DNA from: Sedimentisphaerales bacterium
Lineage (GTDB): Bacteria; Planctomycetota; Phycisphaerae; Sedimentisphaerales; SM23-30
NCBI GenBank assembly: GCA_963666285.1
Contig: OY762711.1
Length of the DNA stretch: 64,000 nt
Direction: 5' to 3' (one strand)
A program made the translations under genes and the position numbers. Numbering within the stretch: the stretch's first letter is position 1; every line of letters begins with the position of its first letter. Below the pieces are notes generated by a model. The model had not been told where the DNA came from. It did no database searches and saw only the letters and a list, made by a program, of their open reading frames with translations. Shown piece by piece: positions 58,096-64,000 of this stretch.

Positions 58096-59187
58096 TTACC
58101 CTTTTTTAGCAGAAAATTCTTTCATCAGGTCACACAAGGCCTGAACGCTTTCTGTTGCTACTGCGTTATAGATAGAAGCACGGATACCGCCGATACTGCG
58201 ATGGCCTTTTAGACCGATCATATTATTGGATTTAGCTTCCTTGATGAATTCTGCTTCCAGTTCTGGTGTTGGCAGATTGAACACGACATTCATCTTTGAA
58301 CGATCTTCTGGTGCTATAGTATTAACATAGAAACCGTTTGAGTTGTCTATCGCATCATACAGCATAGCAGCTTTTGCATTATTGATCTTTTCAATACCGG
58401 CTAAACCACCTTTGCCTTTAACCCACTTCAGCACTTTGCCCATCACGTAAATACCGAAACTAGGCGGAGTATTGAATAATGAGTTATTGTCAATATGAGT
58501 TTTATAGCTCAGCATTGTAGGTAGTCCGTCGTTCATCTTTTCTATGATGTCTTTACGAATTGCTACCAGAGCCACACCGGATGGTCCCAGGTTCTTTTGG
58601 GCTCCGGCATAGATTATACCAAATGGCTTTGGATCAAATACACGTGACATGATATCACTTGACATATCTGCTACCAGTGGTACTCCCGCTGTATCAGGGA
58701 ACTGCGACCACTGTGTGCCGTAAATTGTGTTATTTGATGTTATATGGCAATATACTGCGTTGGCATCCAGTTTTAGATCGGCCTGTTTTGGCATTGCCTT
58801 AAATACGCCGCCTTCCAGTTCCATATTTGCTGCTACATTTACTTTGCCAAATAGCTTGGCTTCTTTGATAGCCTTTTTACTCCATGTACCTGTATTGATA
58901 TAGTCAGCTGATTTACCTTCGCTCAGCAGGTTCATTGGTATCAGGGCAAATTGCATGCTCGCACCACCCTGGATCAGGATAACTTCAAAGTCGTCGCCTA
59001 AACCCATCAGTTCTTTGGCGTTTGCTATTGTCTCATTATGTACAGCATCAAATTCCGACGAGCGGTGTGAGGTCTCCATGATACTGGTGCCAGTACCCTG
59101 ATAGTCGAGTAGTTCCTCACATGCCTCCTGCAATACTTCTGTTGGAATTGCAGACGGTCCGGCATAAAAATTATGCGCTCTAGTCAT
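58096..59187 (-). CDS. serC: Phosphoserine aminotransferase
   Basis: NFYAGPS, SHRS, QGGASMQF, DMSS, YAGAQKNLGPSG (PLP lysine) and GHRSIGGIRASIYN. Confidence 0.98.
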   Translation of the reverse strand: MTRAHNFYAGPSAIPTEVLQEACEELLDYQGTGTSIMETSHRSSEFDAVHNETIANAKELMGLGDDFEVILIQGGASMQFALIPMNLLSEGKSADYINTGTWSKKAIKEAKLFGKVNVAANMELEGGVFKAMPKQADLKLDANAVYCHITSNNTIYGTQWSQFPDTAGVPLVADMSSDIMSRVFDPKPFGIIYAGAQKNLGPSGVALVAIRKDIIEKMNDGLPTMLSYKTHIDNNSLFNTPPSFGIYVMGKVLKWVKGKGGLAGIEKINNAKAAMLYDAIDNSNGFYVNTIAPEDRSKMNVVFNLPTPELEAEFIKEAKSNNMIGLKGHRSIGGIRASIYNAVATESVQALCDLMKEFSAKKG

Positions 59188-59253
59188 TTTGATGTCTCCT
59201 TAGTTAAAGTATATATTAAAATTTAAGAGTGTGGCACAACCAAAAAGCCAACT

Positions 59254-60567
59254 CTACCTAACTTTATTGATTGTTAGACCCGAGAAGATCTTCGGGTAGA
59301 AAAATGTCGATTTCTGCGGCATCTTTTCTCCTGTGGCCGCAACATCTTCAACTGACGATGGGGGTACTGTATTCATCAGGAACAGGCCCTGGGCCTGGCC
59401 GCTGTCGACCTTGTCGATTGCACGCATTACGGCATCGCCCAGGTCTTTTATGTAATCTACATTACTCTGGGCTGTTAATGCCTCTTGGTCTATCCCCAGG
59501 TGCTTCTCCAGGATTGCCTTATGTAGAACTGCTACATCAAGCTTACGCCATGCCGGGCTGTTTTCCGGTGCCAGGGGTTCCATAATTGCAAGATCTTTCA
59601 ATGTTGCGATATAGAAACCGCCATCGTTGAAATACATGCCAAATGCGTTATTTCCGGTCTCAAGTTCAACTTTTAATGCGTCAATAACATCGGTCAGCTT
59701 ATTTTTCTTATCAACTATATCTGTAAAGTCCATACGGGCGATATCAAAATCTTCGCTCATATCTGTTAGCAGCTTACTGATATCAAATGTTGCCAGGTCA
59801 CGTACCAGTCTGTGTGTAGGCAATACCACCAGGCCTTCGTTATGAGCATTGATAAAGGTCATCATGCAGTATTTGGTAGATTCCAGGCCGGTTTCGTTCA
59901 TGAAATTTAGTGATGTTTCATAGCGATGATGACCATCAGCGATAAATACGTTTTTGTCAACCATTGTTTTCTGGGCTGTCTCGATTTTAGCAGTGTCTGT
60001 TATCGCATATAGCTCATGGAGTACGCCGTCATCATCTTTGGTGCTCAGCAGGGCGGTTCCTTCGCAGGCCTCGGCTAGCAATGCGTCAATAGTCTTTTCC
60101 TCATCAGAATACATCATGAATATCTGACCGATCTGACAGCCAATAGCCCTCATCAGGTTCAACCTGTCTGCCTTAGGTCCTGCCAGGGTTTTTTCGTGAG
60201 GCTTGATTGCTCCGCCATATTCTTCCAGTTCGCCCAACGCGATAAAGCCGTTACGGCGATAGGTTTCACCGTTAATTGTGAAAGACTGAGAGTATACATA
60301 AATCGCAGGGGTATCATCCTGCTTCAAAGCACCTTTTTCAATGAATTCATTGATATATGATGCTGCTCGTGTGTAAACATTTTCCGTCTCTGTATCTGTA
60401 TCAAATTTCTTGCCTTTGATTACTCTGGCAATATTAAAATCGTTCTGGACATACAGCTTTTCCTGCTGGTCAGGATCGATCACATCATAAGGTGGCGCAA
60501 TACATGCTCCGGCATCTCCTGTGACCTCTTTATCGTACCTGTAACCGCAAAATGGCTTTATTTTCAT
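59254..60567 (-). CDS. DUF1015 family protein
   Basis: PPYDVI, PHEKT, IADGHHRY and MPQKSTFFYPK motifs; typical serC neighbour. Confidence 0.92.
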   Translation of the reverse strand: MKIKPFCGYRYDKEVTGDAGACIAPPYDVIDPDQQEKLYVQNDFNIARVIKGKKFDTDTETENVYTRAASYINEFIEKGALKQDDTPAIYVYSQSFTINGETYRRNGFIALGELEEYGGAIKPHEKTLAGPKADRLNLMRAIGCQIGQIFMMYSDEEKTIDALLAEACEGTALLSTKDDDGVLHELYAITDTAKIETAQKTMVDKNVFIADGHHRYETSLNFMNETGLESTKYCMMTFINAHNEGLVVLPTHRLVRDLATFDISKLLTDMSEDFDIARMDFTDIVDKKNKLTDVIDALKVELETGNNAFGMYFNDGGFYIATLKDLAIMEPLAPENSPAWRKLDVAVLHKAILEKHLGIDQEALTAQSNVDYIKDLGDAVMRAIDKVDSGQAQGLFLMNTVPPSSVEDVAATGEKMPQKSTFFYPKIFSGLTINKVR

Positions 60568-60699
60568 TCTATATTTCCTGTGTTATCTACTGGGTAAAAT
60601 CTTAATCCCTTGTCCAGCAATGACTTAATGCCGGACACTTGCTCAGGTATTTTGCTTTTTACCCCACATTTTTCTTGTTTTTTTACAAAATACGCCCGT

Positions 60700-60727
60700 A
60701 TTATACCCGATTATTTTCGATAGTCAA
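60700..60727 (-). promoter_or_regulatory. Sigma70-type promoter for DUF1015-serC
   Basis: TTGACT-N16-TATAAT on the minus strand. Confidence 0.55.
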
Positions 60728-60815
60728 ACAAAGAAGAAAGAAAATTGATATTTTTTTATCGATTTGGGGGTTTTATATAAACCAACTCAATATCAGTATA
60801 TTCTTCAGCGCAAAT

Positions 60816-60846
60816 AAAAAAACGAGGGCAGATTTTGCCCTCGTTT
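60816..60846 (-). terminator. Intrinsic terminator after the TRAP operon
   Basis: AAACGAGGGCA / TGCCCTCGTTT stem with an adjacent A run. Confidence 0.8.
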
Positions 60847-60957
60847 GCATAGTCAATACTATTGATAGATTATTATTTACTCAAAGTGACCGATTTTACA
60901 TTTTTTATTGCGGTAACATAATTCAATGCAAATTGTTATATTAATGATTAAATTAGC

Positions 60958-61038
60958 TTGCCGCTTTGCGGCAAACCTTCCCTAATACCAAATAACTAAT
61001 ACCTAATACCTCTCAAACTGACCATCGGTCAGTTTGAG
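60958..61038. repeat. Hairpin - heptamer repeats - hairpin cluster at the dctM 3' end
   Basis: TTGCCGC-TTT-GCGGCAA; CTAATAC x3 plus one degenerate unit; CTCAAACTGACC-ATC-GGTCAGTTTGAG. Confidence 0.7.
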
Positions 61039-62694
61039 TTATTTACTTTCTGGCTGTTTTCCTTTGTCAGCTTCGGGCTCTGCAGAGGACTTTTCGTCAC
61101 TTACGGTTTCAGGCTTAACATCAGTATCATTTGCTGTTTCTGCTGATTGTTCTGCTTCTGCCTTGCTGCCGAAGTTCTCATCCCATATTTTCATGGTCTT
61201 ATCTACATCTTCCTGTTTGATCAAACCTGTCTGAACCGGCATCCACAGTGACACCTTAGGTATATATGTTATAACCATCAGTGCCGCGATCATCGCCAGG
61301 AAAAACGGGATCATTGTCTTGGTAACTTTAGCAATAGTTGTTTTGCCTACACCGCAGCCGATAAACAGACATGTTCCAACCGGCGGGGTACACAAACCGA
61401 TACAAAGGTTAGCAATCAGCATTATACCAAAATGTACTTCATGCATACCGAACTGCTTTACTACCGGCAGAAAGATCGGCGTAAAGATCAGCACCGCAGG
61501 TGTCATATCCATAAAGGTACCAACAAACAGCAGCAGGATATTAATCGTCAGCAGGATAACAAATGGGTTATCTGACATTCCGATCAATGCGGCACTGACA
61601 GTCTGTGGAATATCTGCTATTGTCATAATCCAGCTCATACCCTGGCTTGCACCAATCAGCAGCATAACAACCGCTGTTGTTATACCTGTCTGCTTGAGTA
61701 TCTCCGGCATATCTTTTATCGGTATCTCTTTGTAAAAGATTACTGACAAAATGAACGCGTATAAAACGGCTATTGCTGCCGCTTCTGTTGGGGTAAATAC
61801 TCCGCCCAGGATTCCGCCTATCACAATTACTATTAGCAGCAGGCTGGGGTATGCCTCCGTGGTTTCAGCACTGTAACTTTTTGCCAGCTTAAAGATGTCT
61901 CGTGCTACTGGCCAGATTATTGATATGATTATTATTACCAGCGGCAGGCTGAAATACACTTTCCAGTTTGACAAACTTTGAAAACATACCAGAAATGCAA
62001 AATATGACAACATTGTCATTACTCCGCACGCTGTCATGCTGAGACTTATGTTATAGAGCGTGGAAAATGAAAAACTGCCTTCCGGCTTATATTTCTTGAT
62101 AAATGCGAAATAGCCGCATACTAACATGATAAATAATCCGCTTAGAATGCCTGGCAGTATTCCCGCCATAAACATTGCCGCGATAGAAACACTTCCAGCC
62201 GCTACTGAATATACGATCATAACGTTACTTGGAGGTATAAGCAGGCCGGTTGTTGCCGCGGTAGTCGTTACCGCTACATTAAACTCTTTATTGTAACCTT
62301 TTCGGTTCATCTCAGGGATCATAAATCCACCTACTGATGATACCGCCGCGGCCGCTGAACCGGATATACTGCCAAACAGCATACAGGTCAGGGTATTTAC
62401 ATACGCCAGCCCGCCCGGCATCATGCCTACCAGCGTAGAGGCAAAATCTATCAAACGTCTTGCCATACCGCCGCGGCCCATCAAATGGCCAGAAAAAATG
62501 AAAAACGGGATTGCCAGCAAAGCAAAACTATTCACGCCGTTTGCCATCTTGGATGCCATCATAACCATTGGGTCTGCTGTACCGTTTGCGGCAACAGCAG
62601 CAAATGCTGCCAGGCCAATTGCTATTGCGATTGGTACATTACTAACCAGCAGGAGAACAAAAACGACAACTAGTATTAATGCTATTGTACCCAT
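61039..62694 (-). CDS. dctM: TRAP transporter large permease
   Basis: LLAIPFF, ISGS, LIPPS, FTPTEAA, HFG and TPPVG motifs. Confidence 0.95.
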   Translation of the reverse strand: MGTIALILVVVFVLLLVSNVPIAIAIGLAAFAAVAANGTADPMVMMASKMANGVNSFALLAIPFFIFSGHLMGRGGMARRLIDFASTLVGMMPGGLAYVNTLTCMLFGSISGSAAAAVSSVGGFMIPEMNRKGYNKEFNVAVTTTAATTGLLIPPSNVMIVYSVAAGSVSIAAMFMAGILPGILSGLFIMLVCGYFAFIKKYKPEGSFSFSTLYNISLSMTACGVMTMLSYFAFLVCFQSLSNWKVYFSLPLVIIIISIIWPVARDIFKLAKSYSAETTEAYPSLLLIVIVIGGILGGVFTPTEAAAIAVLYAFILSVIFYKEIPIKDMPEILKQTGITTAVVMLLIGASQGMSWIMTIADIPQTVSAALIGMSDNPFVILLTINILLLFVGTFMDMTPAVLIFTPIFLPVVKQFGMHEVHFGIMLIANLCIGLCTPPVGTCLFIGCGVGKTTIAKVTKTMIPFFLAMIAALMVITYIPKVSLWMPVQTGLIKQEDVDKTMKIWDENFGSKAEAEQSAETANDTDVKPETVSDEKSSAEPEADKGKQPESK

Positions 62695-63266
62695 TAGTTC
62701 GCCTCCTCCTGTATTTCTTGCTTATCTTGAACCGGTTCTTCGACTTCTGCTTCCGGCTTTGTTAGAATGCATTCCAGCAATTGCTCCAGTGTGAATACTA
62801 TTATAAATATTCCGGCTATCGGCACCGCGGCATAAACATAACCCATTTTTAATTGCAGGGCAGGGGTGAGCTGGGCCTTTATCAGTTCTCCATTTGGGCC
62901 GATTTTTTCCAGGTTGTCTGTTACCAGGGTATGACCACCCTTTATGAACACAAAAACGGTGAAAGCAAGAACTGCAATATAACTGAATATCTCCATTATC
63001 TTTCGGGCGGAAGGAGCCATTAGTCCGACAAAATAATCTACTCCCAGGTGGGCCTTTTCGCCAAATGCCGCGGCACTGCCCAGCATTGACACCCAGATCA
63101 GCAGAAACCTTGCCAGCTCTTCTGTCCATTTTGCCTGACCGTCCAGCAAATGCCTGGTTATTACCCCCCAGAGCACGTCCAGTGTCAGTACTGCAACTGC
63201 TATGATCAGGGCAAACTCTAAAATCCTGCATAGCACAATTCGGATTATCTTTAGGGTCGCCAGCAT
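62694..63266 (-). CDS. dctQ: TRAP transporter small permease
   Basis: WTEELAR...W, HLGVD and TPAL motifs; four TM helices. Confidence 0.93.
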   Translation of the reverse strand: MLATLKIIRIVLCRILEFALIIAVAVLTLDVLWGVITRHLLDGQAKWTEELARFLLIWVSMLGSAAAFGEKAHLGVDYFVGLMAPSARKIMEIFSYIAVLAFTVFVFIKGGHTLVTDNLEKIGPNGELIKAQLTPALQLKMGYVYAAVPIAGIFIIVFTLEQLLECILTKPEAEVEEPVQDKQEIQEEAN

Positions 63267-63267
63267 A

Positions 63268-63999
63268 TTATTTGATCCCCCGGATTTCTTCGATTAGTTT
63301 CTTGATTGCCGCATCCTTCGGGTCATCATCTTTTAGTTTATCATACATCGGCTGTACCTTATCTGCAAACAGCTTTGTATCTACTTCGTAGATTGTAACG
63401 CCTTCTTCTTTCGCCTGCTCCAAAGACTCTGCTGTCATTTTTTTCCATAGCTCACGCTGGTACACAGAAGATTTGTTTGCCGCCTCTTGTACCCATTTCT
63501 GCTCTTCCGGCGATAGGCTGTCCCATACATAGGTGCTTATCCATAGGATATCGGGTACCATTGTATGACCGTCCAGGGTAAAATGCTTACATACTTCGTA
63601 GTGCTTGTTAGAGGTAAAACTTGGCGGGTTGTTTTCCGCTCCTTCAACAGTACCCTGTGCCAGGGCAGTATACAGCTCACCCCAGGCAATTGGGGTTGGG
63701 TTGCCGCCCAGTGTTTCTACCATGTCCATCGCGGTTTTACTGTTCATTACCCGGATCTTCATGCCGTCAAGATCAGCCGGGGTCTTGATTGGCTTGTTAA
63801 CTGTATAAAAATTCCTGCTCCCGCTGTCATAATAGCATAGGCCTTTTAGGTGCGTTGGTATTGCTTTATCCAGCATCTTTTTACCTACATCACTTTCCAG
63901 GACATTCCAGTAATGTTCCGAATTCCTAAACAAATATGGCATCCCAAATACAGAATATGAGTCCTCAAAGTTCTCGGCCGCAGCCGCTGAGGTCTTGGT
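63268..63999 (-). CDS. dctP: TRAP transporter substrate-binding protein (5' end beyond the window)
   Basis: PYLF, GSRNFY, DL.GMKIRV and ELYTAL..G.VEGAEN motifs; frame open to the window edge. Confidence 0.93.
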   Translation of the reverse strand, partial: TKTSAAAAENFEDSYSVFGMPYLFRNSEHYWNVLESDVGKKMLDKAIPTHLKGLCYYDSGSRNFYTVNKPIKTPADLDGMKIRVMNSKTAMDMVETLGGNPTPIAWGELYTALAQGTVEGAENNPPSFTSNKHYEVCKHFTLDGHTMVPDILWISTYVWDSLSPEEQKWVQEAANKSSVYQRELWKKMTAESLEQAKEEGVTIYEVDTKLFADKVQPMYDKLKDDDPKDAAIKKLIEEIRGIK

Positions 64000-64000
64000 C

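Overview
64-kb bacterial chromosomal window, mostly housekeeping and cell-envelope genes. Housekeeping: metG (5'-truncated), carB, cysS, pssA, galU, two lpxA paralogues, pgi, rsmA, ruvA, umuDC, serC and a TRAP transporter (dctP cut by the window end). Accessory or secreted: two GH43, a GH20, two PEP-CTERM proteins, a GLUG-repeat protein and a squalene-hopene-cyclase-like enzyme. The gene content suggests a Planctomycetota genome, probably Phycisphaerae; this is inference only. No rRNA, tRNA, CRISPR array, transposase or integrase was recognised. The most notable unexplained signal is a 180-226 bp intergenic element in three diverged, same-orientation copies (18443-18643, 21231-21410, 57770-57995). 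Its hairpins are kept by compensatory changes and G-U wobbles that favour the + strand, and two copies bracket an AT-rich MBOAT/SGNH-like gene pair. Other notable items: a four-gene tandem paralogue array with patchwork identity, a ycjX/ycjF pair separated by two other genes, umuDC coupled to a phosphatase and a radical SAM gene, complementary active-site substitutions in the lpxA pair, and a candidate small RNA. All assignments were made by eye; no database searches or folding programs were run.
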